Shown piece by piece: positions 17,540-26,544 of a stretch of DNA of 64,000 nucleotides. The stretch is from positions 22,043-86,042 of the forward strand of contig JAHFNS010000001.1 in NCBI GenBank assembly GCA_023267215.1, in the 5' to 3' direction. Positions within the stretch are counted from its first letter, which is position 1. Each line of letters begins with the position of its first letter. Origin of the DNA: Candidatus Nomurabacteria bacterium (GTDB lineage Bacteria; Patescibacteriota; Minisyncoccia; Phycocordibacterales; UBA9973). Below the pieces are notes generated by a model that ran no database searches, was not told where the DNA came from, and worked only from the letters and a program-made list of their open reading frames with translations. The position numbers and the translations under genes were made by a program.

Positions 17540-18856
17540 ATGGAATTACACAGTATCAAAAATTTTAATGAGCTTGCAACGACAGAAAATCGTAAAATAG
17601 CACTAGAGATAATTGAAGCTGGTATGGATGCCATAAATACAGAAAAGGTGATAAAATCATCAGTCATTTTGAAGAGTGATGTTTTGTCGATAGGAGATAA
17701 AGATTTTGATTTATCAAAATATAAAAATATAAAAGTCATAGGTTTCGGCAAATCTTCACCTGATGCAGCTCTAGTGCTAGAAGATGTACTGGGGTCCAAG
17801 ATTACGAAAGGAGCTGTCGTCGGCCTTAAAAAAGTTCCGTGTAGATATATAGAGACATTCATTGGTACACATCCCAGACCTTCGAGAGAGAACATAGAAG
17901 CCGGGAATAAAATATTTGAATTATTGGATGGATCCACTGCTCAGGATTTGATCATTGTTTTAGTTTCTGGTGGAGGTTCAGCATTGCTTTGCTATGGGGA
18001 GGGTGAATGCACAGAAGGTGCGAAGCTATATGATAACTTTTTATCTCTCGGTAAGACTATATCTGAAATGAATACAGTTAGAAAACATCTGTCTCTTTTC
18101 AAAGGAGGAGGATTGGCAAAAATAGCGTATCCAGCCACGGTCATAGGACTTATTTTTTCTGATGTTCCAGGGGGCGATTTTGCTAGTGTGGCTTCTGGTC
18201 CGACTTACAAAGATGAAACGAGTATAAAAGATGCTCAAAAGATAATAATAGAAAATAATTTAGGAAATTTTGATCTGATTGAAACACCTAAAGAAGATAA
18301 ATATTTTGAAAATGTTTTTAACTTTGTAGTTGTGTCGAATGAAATCGCAATAAACAAAATGGTAGAGAAAGCAAAGGAATTTAATTTTGAAACAAATATC
18401 GTTTCGACTGAATTATACGATGAGACGAACATAGCGCTTGATAAAATATTCCAAACGATGCCCCAAAGACGGTCTTCGGGGAATTCCCCGAAGACCGTCT
18501 TTGGGGTGGGTTCTGTTGTTCTAGCTGCTGGAGAGCCAAGTATTACTGTGACAAAAAGCGGGGGAAAGGGAGGGAGAAATTTACACATGGGACTTTTGTC
18601 TATAGAGAAAAATTTAATAGACGATGATTCAGTATTTATATCTTTTGCATCTGATGGTATGGACAATAGTGATGCAGCTGGGACAGTAGTCGATAAAAAT
18701 ACAGTGGAGAAAATAAATAAATTAGGTATAAATGTAAAAGATGCACTAGAAAATTTTGATTCGTATCCAGTATTTGAAAAGTCAGGCGATATCATAATGA
18801 CAGGTCCCACCGGAGCAAACGTGTCAGACTTGATGTTGCTTTTAAAGAGAAAATAA
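17540..18856 (+). CDS. Glycerate 2-kinase (MOFRL family)
   Basis: LVSGGGSALL and the overall MOFRL layout. Contains an in-frame 46-bp perfect palindrome at 18461..18506. Confidence 0.7.
   Translation: MELHSIKNFNELATTENRKIALEIIEAGMDAINTEKVIKSSVILKSDVLSIGDKDFDLSKYKNIKVIGFGKSSPDAALVLEDVLGSKITKGAVVGLKKVPCRYIETFIGTHPRPSRENIEAGNKIFELLDGSTAQDLIIVLVSGGGSALLCYGEGECTEGAKLYDNFLSLGKTISEMNTVRKHLSLFKGGGLAKIAYPATVIGLIFSDVPGGDFASVASGPTYKDETSIKDAQKIIIENNLGNFDLIETPKEDKYFENVFNFVVVSNEIAINKMVEKAKEFNFETNIVSTELYDETNIALDKIFQTMPQRRSSGNSPKTVFGVGSVVLAAGEPSITVTKSGGKGGRNLHMGLLSIEKNLIDDDSVFISFASDGMDNSDAAGTVVDKNTVEKINKLGINVKDALENFDSYPVFEKSGDIIMTGPTGANVSDLMLLLKRK
18461..18506 (+). repeat. 46-bp perfect palindrome inside the glycerate kinase gene (in-frame)
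   Basis: CCCCAAAGACGGTCTTCGGGG-AATT-CCCCGAAGACCGTCTTTGGGG. Confidence 0.9.
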
Positions 18857-18908
18857 AAAACTGTCTGTCACCGATGAATATCAGTGGCAGTTAATATTAA
18901 TAATAAGG

Positions 18909-19331
18909 TTATGGCAATAAATCTTTTAAGATCCTATCTCCTTCTTCAGAATTTTTTATTTCTGCCATATCTACAAAAACAGGAAAGAAATGTGGAAAAT
19001 TACCACATCTTTCTCCGTGTACATCATAAGCGATAGTGCCTGTCCTTTTTGTCTTCCAACCGACTTTCCAATAACTATCTAAACCAGAATTAGTTATAAA
19101 AACTTCATCCTTCATTCTTTCTGGGTGACGCTTGTTTGAATAAGCATAGAAAGAATATATTAAATAAATGCCGCGAGAGAAAAAGATTATTATTGTGAAC
19201 AATACTGTAAAAAACAGAAATGTATAATTCCATTTTACAATTAAGATAGCAGATGCTATTTCACTTAGAAACAGAAAGATGCCTGTCATTATAAACGAAT
19301 ACCCTTTTTGTTCTTTGTTGAGTTTTTTCAT
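18909..19331 (-). CDS. Hypothetical membrane protein
   Basis: Two or three TM helices. No motif. Confidence 0.3.
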   Translation of the reverse strand: MKKLNKEQKGYSFIMTGIFLFLSEIASAILIVKWNYTFLFFTVLFTIIIFFSRGIYLIYSFYAYSNKRHPERMKDEVFITNSGLDSYWKVGWKTKRTGTIAYDVHGERCGNFPHFFPVFVDMAEIKNSEEGDRILKDLLP

Positions 19332-19632
19332 TATTGACCTCTATATTGTTTATTGTTGTTGTTGAGTTATTTTTATCTCTAAGATTTAGAAGCAAAAATA
19401 ACCCAACAAATTATAAAAGAGGAATAGTTTTCAGAGATCAAAAGTCTGTGTATATAATACACCTTTTAATATAAAAAGTCAAGAGTTATGTAGTTAGTAA
19501 AATATAGTATAATTTATAATGAGGATTGTCTAAAAAAACGAAAACCCCTTGTGGGGGTTTCTCGGGGCTTTCGACAAGGAAAGCATTTACGAATAAAGTA
19601 TAGCAAATTATAGATAACTGTCAAGCAAAATT

Positions 19633-20850
19633 ATGCAAAACAAAATTACAAAAATTTGGGCGGAAGAGATAAAAGATTCTCGAGGGAATCCGACTATTAA
19701 AGTGACAGTCTGGTCTGAAGAAAAGTTCGATAGTTTTTCTGTACCTTCTGGCGCTTCTACGGGTCTCCATGAAGCACATGAATTACGAGATGCAGATGGT
19801 AAAGGTGTGAATGATGCAATAAATAAAATAAACAATATCATCGCTCCTGCATTAGTTGGTCAAGATATTTCAAATCAAAAAGAAATAGATAGAATAATGC
19901 TAGCCCTCGACGGTACACCTAATAAAGACAACTTAGGTGGCAATTCTACCATTGGTGTTTCCATAGCTTGCGCTAAAGCGGGAGCTAGGGCAACAGGTTT
20001 GGAAGTATTTGAACATCTACGCATGTTGAGTGAGATGAAGCCTTCCAGACGCATTCCGCATCTCTATATGAATCTGATAAACGGAGGTAAGCATGCCAAG
20101 AACAATTTAGCTTTTCAAGAATATCACGTTGTCTCAAATACAGAAGATGCGAGAGAGGCGGTAGAGATGGGAGTAAAGATACAAAATACATTGAAAAAAA
20201 TAATAACAAGAGAGCTGGGTGAAGATTCTCTAGTTTTAGGAGATGAAGGTGGCTATGCTCCGCTTGTGAGTGACATAGAAAAGCCACTTTTGTATTTAGT
20301 AGAAGCTATTAAAGAAAATAAATTGACAGGGAAGGTACGGCTTGCACTTGATGTCGCCAGTACCTCTTTTTATAATGATGGATTTTACAAAGTTGATGGT
20401 AAAGATATTTCAAAAGAAGATTTGAAAAATAAATATGAATATTTAATAAAAGATTTTAAATTGCTTTCCATAGAAGATCCTTTTTATGAAGAAGATTTTA
20501 CTAGTTTCAGAATATTGAAAGAAGACAATTCTCCTCTTCTTGTCGTCGGTGATGATCTGACGGTGACGAATACTTTGCTTCTAGATAAAGCGATAAATGA
20601 AAGTAGTATCAACGCGATGATAATAAAACCAAACCAAATAGGCACTCTCTCAGAGACGCTAGACACGATGAGAAAAGCTCGAGAAAATGGTATAGAGCTC
20701 ATAGTTTCTCATAGGAGTGGCGAGACAGATGATGATTTTATTGCAGACCTGGCTTACGCCTTTGGATGTTTTGGTCTCAAATCTGGCGCCCCATTAAAAC
20801 CTGAAAGAAAAGTGAAATATGATAGATTAATCAAAATTTCAGAGGGATAG
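19633..20850 (+). CDS. eno: Enolase
   Basis: SHRSGETDDDFIADLA and the overall enolase signature. Confidence 0.92.
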   Translation: MQNKITKIWAEEIKDSRGNPTIKVTVWSEEKFDSFSVPSGASTGLHEAHELRDADGKGVNDAINKINNIIAPALVGQDISNQKEIDRIMLALDGTPNKDNLGGNSTIGVSIACAKAGARATGLEVFEHLRMLSEMKPSRRIPHLYMNLINGGKHAKNNLAFQEYHVVSNTEDAREAVEMGVKIQNTLKKIITRELGEDSLVLGDEGGYAPLVSDIEKPLLYLVEAIKENKLTGKVRLALDVASTSFYNDGFYKVDGKDISKEDLKNKYEYLIKDFKLLSIEDPFYEEDFTSFRILKEDNSPLLVVGDDLTVTNTLLLDKAINESSINAMIIKPNQIGTLSETLDTMRKARENGIELIVSHRSGETDDDFIADLAYAFGCFGLKSGAPLKPERKVKYDRLIKISEG

Positions 20851-20881
20851 TTTCTGTTAAAATATGTTATAATAACCTTAT

Positions 20882-23314
20882 ATGGAAGAAAATAAAAATT
20901 TTGTAAAATGGTTTTCTGAAGTAGGAATCGAAGATGTTCCTATCGTTGGAGGTAAAAATGCTGCTTTGGGAGAAATGTTTCAAAATCTGGTGCCTCTTGG
21001 TGTAAATATTCCAGATGGTTTCGCTTTGACAGCCGATGCATACAGACATTTTTTTCAGAATACAGGACTTGATGAAAAAATAAAAAAAGTTCTTGCTGAT
21101 TTAGATACAAAAAATATAAAAAATTTACAAGTTCGTGGCAAACTCGTTCGTGAAGCTATCCTAAAAGCAAAATTACCAGAAGATCTTAAAGAAATAATTA
21201 CAAAGTCTTATGCGACGCTAGGAGAAAAATATGGGAAAGACAGAGCCGTGGCTGTACGTTCATCCGCAACAGCAGAAGATCTTCCAGGGGCTTCCTTTGC
21301 GGGGCAACAAGAGACATATCTAAATGTTCATGGTATTGAAAATATTCTCGTTGCTACAAAAAAGTGCATCGCTTCACTTTTCACCGACCGAGCTATTTCA
21401 TACAGGGCAGACAAAGGATTTTCACATTTTGATGCCGCTTTATCTGTCGGTATTCAATGTATGGTGCATTCCGATCTTTCTTCTTCAGGTGTCGCATTTA
21501 CAATAGACACAGAAACAGGTTTTGATAAAGTGATTGTCATCACGGGCATATATGGCTTGGGTGAATTCATTGTGCAAGGTAAAGTTATTCCTGATGAATT
21601 TATGATCTTTAAACCAGCTTTAGATAAAGGAAATAAAAACCCTATCATTGCGAAAAATATCGGAAAGAAAAATATAAAACTTATTTATGCGAAGAATGGT
21701 ACAAAAGAAGAAAAAGTTTCCTTGGAAGAGCAACAGAAATTCTCTCTGACAGACGAAGAAGTAGTAAAACTCGGTAAATGGTGTTATGAGATAGAAAAAT
21801 ATTTTTCAAAAAAGCACAACCATTATCAGCCGATGGATATCGAATGGGCCAAAGATGGTAAGACGGGGGAGCTTTTCATAGTGCAAGCACGCCCAGAGAC
21901 AGTCGCCTCCCTCCAAGATAAAAATGTCTTAAAAGAATATCAATTAGAGAAAAAGAGTAAAATATTGGTTTCTGGTATCGCTGTCGGTTCTAAAATAGGT
22001 AGCGGAAAGGTCCGTGTTTTATCTAGTGCAAAAAATATAAATTCTTTTGAAAAAGGAGAAGTTTTGGTGACAGAAATTACCGACCCAGATTGGGAGCCTA
22101 TCATGAAGATAGCTAGTGCTATCGTCACAGATAAAGGAGGACGCACTTCTCATGCCGCTATTGTCTCACGCGAGCTCGGTATACCTTGTATCGTAGGTTC
22201 TAATGATGCGACAAAGGTACTAAAAAATGGACAAGAGGTGACGGTGGATTCTTCAGGGGGCCAAATTGGTAACGTTTTCGAAGGAATTATCCCATTCAAG
22301 ATAATAGAACACCATTTAGACAAAATACCGAAAGTGGATACCAAGATAATGGTAAATATTGGTTCACCAGATGAAGCATTCAAGAATTTTAATCTTCCTG
22401 TGGACGGAGTAGGTTTGGGAAGATTAGAGTTTATTATTGCTTCGCACATTGGCGTACATCCAAATATTTTGCTTGATTATAAAAAATTAAAAGAAGAAAA
22501 TAAGGGAAAGAAAAATCCAGAATTAAAAAAAGTACTTGATAAGATTGATGAATTAACTCCTCTATATGAAGATAAGGCACAATATTATGTAGATAATCTC
22601 GCGAGGGGTATTGCGAAAATTGCCGCCACTTTTTATCCAAATAAAGTTATTATTCGTCTTTCTGATTTTAAAACAAATGAATATCGCACATTGCTTGGTG
22701 GAGATATGTATGAACCACATGAAGAGAATCCAATGTTGGGTTGGCGTGGAGCATCTCGGTATTATGATCCGAAATTCAAAGAATCTTTTGGTCTTGAGTG
22801 TAAAGCTATGAAGATTGTACGAGAAGATATGGGACTTACCAATATGATTCCAATGGTTCCTTTTTGCAGAACACCAGAAGAGGGGAAACAAGTTATAGAT
22901 ATAATGAAAGAATATGGACTAGATAGAGAAAAAGATAAAGAGCTCAAAGTCTATGTCATGTGCGAGATACCTTCCAATATTCTTTTGGCTGATGAATTTC
23001 TAGAAGTTTTTGACGGTATGTCTATAGGTTCCAATGATTTGACTCAGCTCACCTTAGGGCTTGATCGTGATTCTGGAATTGTCACGCATATTGCTAATGA
23101 AAATAATCCTGCAGTTAAAAAATTAGTGGCAGAGATTATTAAAAAATGTAAAGAAAAAGGTAAATATATAGGTATTTGTGGACAGGCTCCATCAGACTAT
23201 CCAGAGTTTGCAAAGTTCTTAGTAGATGAAGGAATAGAGAGTATGTCACTCAATCCAGATACTGTTATCAAAATTATTATGGCACTTGCAGAGAACAGTA
23301 ATAAAAAAGTATAA
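20882..23314 (+). CDS. ppsA: Phosphoenolpyruvate synthase (pyruvate, water dikinase)
   Basis: About 810 aa with the PEP-utilizing enzyme mobile domain (GGRTSHAAIVSRELGIP) and a C-terminal PEP-binding TIM barrel. Confidence 0.9.
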   Translation: MEENKNFVKWFSEVGIEDVPIVGGKNAALGEMFQNLVPLGVNIPDGFALTADAYRHFFQNTGLDEKIKKVLADLDTKNIKNLQVRGKLVREAILKAKLPEDLKEIITKSYATLGEKYGKDRAVAVRSSATAEDLPGASFAGQQETYLNVHGIENILVATKKCIASLFTDRAISYRADKGFSHFDAALSVGIQCMVHSDLSSSGVAFTIDTETGFDKVIVITGIYGLGEFIVQGKVIPDEFMIFKPALDKGNKNPIIAKNIGKKNIKLIYAKNGTKEEKVSLEEQQKFSLTDEEVVKLGKWCYEIEKYFSKKHNHYQPMDIEWAKDGKTGELFIVQARPETVASLQDKNVLKEYQLEKKSKILVSGIAVGSKIGSGKVRVLSSAKNINSFEKGEVLVTEITDPDWEPIMKIASAIVTDKGGRTSHAAIVSRELGIPCIVGSNDATKVLKNGQEVTVDSSGGQIGNVFEGIIPFKIIEHHLDKIPKVDTKIMVNIGSPDEAFKNFNLPVDGVGLGRLEFIIASHIGVHPNILLDYKKLKEENKGKKNPELKKVLDKIDELTPLYEDKAQYYVDNLARGIAKIAATFYPNKVIIRLSDFKTNEYRTLLGGDMYEPHEENPMLGWRGASRYYDPKFKESFGLECKAMKIVREDMGLTNMIPMVPFCRTPEEGKQVIDIMKEYGLDREKDKELKVYVMCEIPSNILLADEFLEVFDGMSIGSNDLTQLTLGLDRDSGIVTHIANENNPAVKKLVAEIIKKCKEKGKYIGICGQAPSDYPEFAKFLVDEGIESMSLNPDTVIKIIMALAENSNKKV

Positions 23315-23325
23315 TACACGTCTAT

Positions 23326-23529
23326 ATGCTTGTAGTCTCACAAACAATATTTTATTTAGTTTCATCAATAGCAATAATAGCTGTCGGGGCACTGTTGGTG
23401 ATTGTTATGTATTACTTGATTTGTATCTTGAAAGATACTCGCAATATAACAGATGATGTAAGTCAGACTTATAATAAAGTAAAGAGAAGTATTAAAAAAA
23501 TTATTAGCTCATTAACGAAAAAAAAGTAA
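23326..23529 (+). CDS. Small membrane protein
   Basis: 67 aa with one TM helix. Confidence 0.25.
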   Translation: MLVVSQTIFYLVSSIAIIAVGALLVIVMYYLICILKDTRNITDDVSQTYNKVKRSIKKIISSLTKKK

Positions 23530-23533
23530 AATT

Positions 23534-23857
23534 ATGGCAAAGAAAACAAAAAAAAGTTCAAAGTTTTTAAGTGGTGCATTAGTTGGGGCTACTCTTGGTA
23601 TAGCGGCAGGGATTTTTGCTAATTCAGCAAAAGGTAAGGAATTAAAAAAAGAAGTTAAAGATAAAATGGCAGATTTTTATAAAACAATTGCTCCGAAATT
23701 AAAAAATATGAAAGAAGTAGGAGAGAAAGAATATAAAACATTTATAAACAAAGCATTGGCTGATTACAATAAAAATGGCAAGTTTGATAAAGAAGATTTA
23801 AAAAATCTAGCCAAGCAAGCTCATGCTTCTTGGAAACATCTAAAGAAGCATTTGTAA
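23534..23857 (+). CDS. YtxH-like protein
   Basis: N-terminal GALVGATLGIAAGIF helix followed by a Lys/Glu-rich region. Confidence 0.4.
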   Translation: MAKKTKKSSKFLSGALVGATLGIAAGIFANSAKGKELKKEVKDKMADFYKTIAPKLKNMKEVGEKEYKTFINKALADYNKNGKFDKEDLKNLAKQAHASWKHLKKHL

Positions 23858-23876
23858 AAACTTATTTAAAAGCAAT

Positions 23877-23910
23877 AAAGCGGTTTGCTATAGAATAGCA
23901 AACCGCTTTT
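23877..23910. terminator. Rho-independent terminator hairpin (bidirectional, between convergent genes)
   Basis: GCGGTTTGCT-ATAGAAT-AGCAAACCGC followed by TTTT, with AAA before the stem. Confidence 0.7.
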
Positions 23911-23950
23911 GTTTGACCACAGTTGTTGAGAATTTCTCTTCGTGTTTTTT

Positions 23951-24439
23951 TTATAGCACTCCTTTAGTAATTTCTTTCGCTACTATTTTAAATGCATATG
24001 AAGAAAGTACTTTGTCGATTTTTTCCTTTAATATTTGTAGTGTAAAAGGTTTAATAATATAATCATTAATACATGGATTTTTACTACTAATTTCATCTTT
24101 CATTCCACGCGTTATGACCATAAGTATTGGTAAATTTAATAATTTTTCATTGCTACGTATTTTTTTTACCAATTCAAATCCAGAAATTCCTGGCATATTC
24201 CAGTCCGTAATGACGAAATTAATTGTTTTATCGTCAAATAGTTTTGCAAGGGCTGTTTCTCCATCATCAGTTTCAATAAAATTGTTATAGTCAAGCTGTT
24301 TTAATGAATTGATGAGTATTCTGCGCATTACGATAGAGTCATCAACAAGTAAGAATTTAAGATTAGGGATTTCTTTTTTGGGACCAAACTCGTCAAACCC
24401 CTTTAAATCATTATTTTTTGGACGGTATAACATAAGCAC
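23951..24439 (-). CDS. CheY-like single-domain response regulator
   Basis: LVDDS..., ITDWNMPGISG and the overall receiver layout. Confidence 0.7.
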   Translation of the reverse strand: MLMLYRPKNNDLKGFDEFGPKKEIPNLKFLLVDDSIVMRRILINSLKQLDYNNFIETDDGETALAKLFDDKTINFVITDWNMPGISGFELVKKIRSNEKLLNLPILMVITRGMKDEISSKNPCINDYIIKPFTLQILKEKIDKVLSSYAFKIVAKEITKGVL

Positions 24440-24521
24440 TCCTTTTATATTTTCAATGAAGTTAATTAAAAGTTGGTTTAATTATTTTCCTTTATACTAC
24501 AATAAAGCATAAAAAAAGCAA

Positions 24522-24561
24522 GAATTCCCTCATATACGCCATGGCTGATATGGGGGAATTT
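24522..24561. repeat. 40-bp GC-rich palindromic element (GGGGAATT/AATTCCC family), intergenic
   Basis: GAATTCCCTCATAT-ACGCCATGGCTG-ATATGGGGGAATT: 13-bp arms with one mismatch and a CCATGG centre. Confidence 0.55.
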
Positions 24562-24604
24562 TATTTTCTATATATTATAAAAATATGATAAAGTATAAAG
24601 TATT

Positions 24605-24675
24605 GCGGGATTAGTTTAGTGGCAGAATGAGTCCTTCCCAAGGATTAGACGGGGTTTCGATTACCCCATCCCGCA
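24605..24675 (+). tRNA. tRNA-Gly (anticodon CCC)
   Basis: Cloverleaf with acceptor GCGGGAT/ATCCCGC, anticodon loop TTCCCAA, T-arm GGGGT-TTCGATT-ACCCC. No encoded CCA. Confidence 0.75.
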
Positions 24676-24752
24676 CAAATTTTATAAAATAGGCAAAATT
24701 TTAGCCCTACAAAAAAGTAGGGCTATGGTGTCCTTTTAACACCGTTAATTTT

Positions 24753-26003
24753 TTATTTAATCAAAATCATTTTCTTAGTCTGGCTGAAATTTCCAGACTT
24801 TATTGTGTACACATACATACCGCTTGTTAGTTTTGAAGCATCGAATGTTGCTTCATGTTTACCAGCAGATTTTTGTTCATTAACTAGCATTGCAACTTCC
24901 TTACCAAGTATGTCGTAAATTTTTATATTTACGAATCCAGCATTCGGAAGTGAATAGCTGATTGTTGTTGTAGGATTGAACGGATTCGGATAATTTTGTT
25001 CTAGTTTGAATTCTGTTGGGACAGCAGCAGTTTTTTCTTGAACGGCAGTAGTCGTGGAAGAAATTTTTAATAATCTTCCTTCGTTTACAGTACCTGATAA
25101 TTCGACAGGAGCATTGGCAATTAGGATTGGGTTATTTACAGAATAATTTTGGTTTATAAAATAGATTTTTTTATCTATTTGTTTAAACATAGAACCAGTT
25201 CCGGAAATTTTTGCTGTTGTATTTTTAGCAATTAAATCACCGTTAGTAATTTTTTCTGTAGAAAATAAACCATATTTATTACCAAACTTTCTCCATTCTG
25301 CATTTACTGGAGTTGAAACAACTTTTCCAACGGCATTAATGTTTCCAAATATTGGCCAATAAGCATTTGAATCTACTATTTTGTCCAATAACAATTGCAT
25401 GTCCCAACTTTCTATTAAACTACCATTACCAGACAAACTGAGACAAACGGCAATTGTATCATTAGCAGGTATTGTACCAACGAAAGGGAATGCTTTTATG
25501 GCATCGCTAATATCTAATGGTTTATCACTTTTGTTTACATGCCCATATCTGTTGTAGGGTATATCCAATACTTTAAAATATGAGTTGGTATATCCCCAGT
25601 TTTCTCCATCAAACAAACTTGTTGACAGATTAGAATATTGCAGAAATGGCATATTCGAGATAAATAATTTAAGTTTTCCAATGTTTTCAGAATTGATATA
25701 CATTGGATTTCCGACAGCAGCAACCTTAAATGGATTTGAAAAATAAGGAGATGATGAAGGAGTCCAATTGTTTTGATAAAGTATTTCTCCTGATTCAAAA
25801 TATTCTATACCAAAATAACTTGAGGTACTTTCAATTTGGATTCCTTTGAAGTACCCATTTACGAATACATTAGCATTTACATGAGTTCCAAGTCCGATAG
25901 CTCTCCCAGGGATAAATATTTGAGGTTGAGTTGGTATAACCTGAGCAATGATATTACTCAGTGAAAATAATAGTACAACGAAAAGTAAAGATAACTTCTT
26001 CAT
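24753..26003 (-). CDS. Secreted protein with a T9SS-type C-terminal sorting domain (Por_Secre_tail)
   Basis: Signal peptide MKKLSLLFVVLLFSLSNIIAQ. C-terminus NYPNPFNPTTTISYSL...KIYDILGKEVAMLVNEQKSAGKHEATFDASKLTSGMYVYTIKSGNFSQTKKMILIK matches the T9SS C-terminal domain consensus. Confidence 0.6.
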   Translation of the reverse strand: MKKLSLLFVVLLFSLSNIIAQVIPTQPQIFIPGRAIGLGTHVNANVFVNGYFKGIQIESTSSYFGIEYFESGEILYQNNWTPSSSPYFSNPFKVAAVGNPMYINSENIGKLKLFISNMPFLQYSNLSTSLFDGENWGYTNSYFKVLDIPYNRYGHVNKSDKPLDISDAIKAFPFVGTIPANDTIAVCLSLSGNGSLIESWDMQLLLDKIVDSNAYWPIFGNINAVGKVVSTPVNAEWRKFGNKYGLFSTEKITNGDLIAKNTTAKISGTGSMFKQIDKKIYFINQNYSVNNPILIANAPVELSGTVNEGRLLKISSTTTAVQEKTAAVPTEFKLEQNYPNPFNPTTTISYSLPNAGFVNIKIYDILGKEVAMLVNEQKSAGKHEATFDASKLTSGMYVYTIKSGNFSQTKKMILIK

Positions 26004-26267
26004 TTTGAATCTCCTCTTAATGTTGAATGATTTTTGATTTTATTTTTAGGGAATTTTTCCCACTAATTTAAGGGCAAAAAGGGGATTTGACCCGCAAATT
26101 AGTGAGAATATACCCTTTATTGTCAAAGAATTTTTACTTGTGTATATTAGCACTTTTTAATAGAAAAGTCAAGACTTTTAACTTGACCCATATGATATAC
26201 TATAAAAGTGATTAATAATTAATTTTTCAGCCCTAGGCTGGATATCCGCTTTGGGCGGGAAAAACAT

Positions 26268-26504
26268 ATGAAAAATGTAACAATTTATTCGACACCAACT
26301 TGCCATTTTTGCCATTTAGCAAAAGATTTTTTTAAAGAAAAAAATATAGCTTATACAGAATATGATGTGATGAGTAATTTAGAAAAAAGACAGGAAATGG
26401 TAGAAAAAAGCGGACAGATGGGAGTGCCAGTTATTTTGATAGACAATGAAGTAATTGTAGGTTTTGATAAACCTGAAATTTCTAAAACACTAGGATTGAT
26501 TTAA
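26268..26504 (+). CDS. Glutaredoxin/NrdH-like redoxin
   Basis: 78 aa with the CHFC (CxxC) motif at the N-terminus of a thioredoxin fold. Confidence 0.7.
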   Translation: MKNVTIYSTPTCHFCHLAKDFFKEKNIAYTEYDVMSNLEKRQEMVEKSGQMGVPVILIDNEVIVGFDKPEISKTLGLI

Positions 26505-26544
26505 CGTTTTTAATGAGTTACTCCGTAAACAGAAGAGGGGTTAT

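Noticed and set aside
17374-17937. Long antisense ORFs inside ldh and the glycerate kinase gene (17374..17937, 18235..18810); similar ones at 43563..44234 opposite ftsA and 32759..33124 opposite tsaD
   Set aside because: They lie entirely within well-supported conserved genes on the opposite strand, have low-complexity composition and no motifs. Judged spurious.
19556-19580. GGGGCTTTCGACAAGG resembling a tmRNA 5' end
   Set aside because: There is no tRNA-like acceptor/T-arm partner (no GGTTCGA.TCC plus CCACCA 3' end) within a plausible distance. Only a local hairpin cluster is present.
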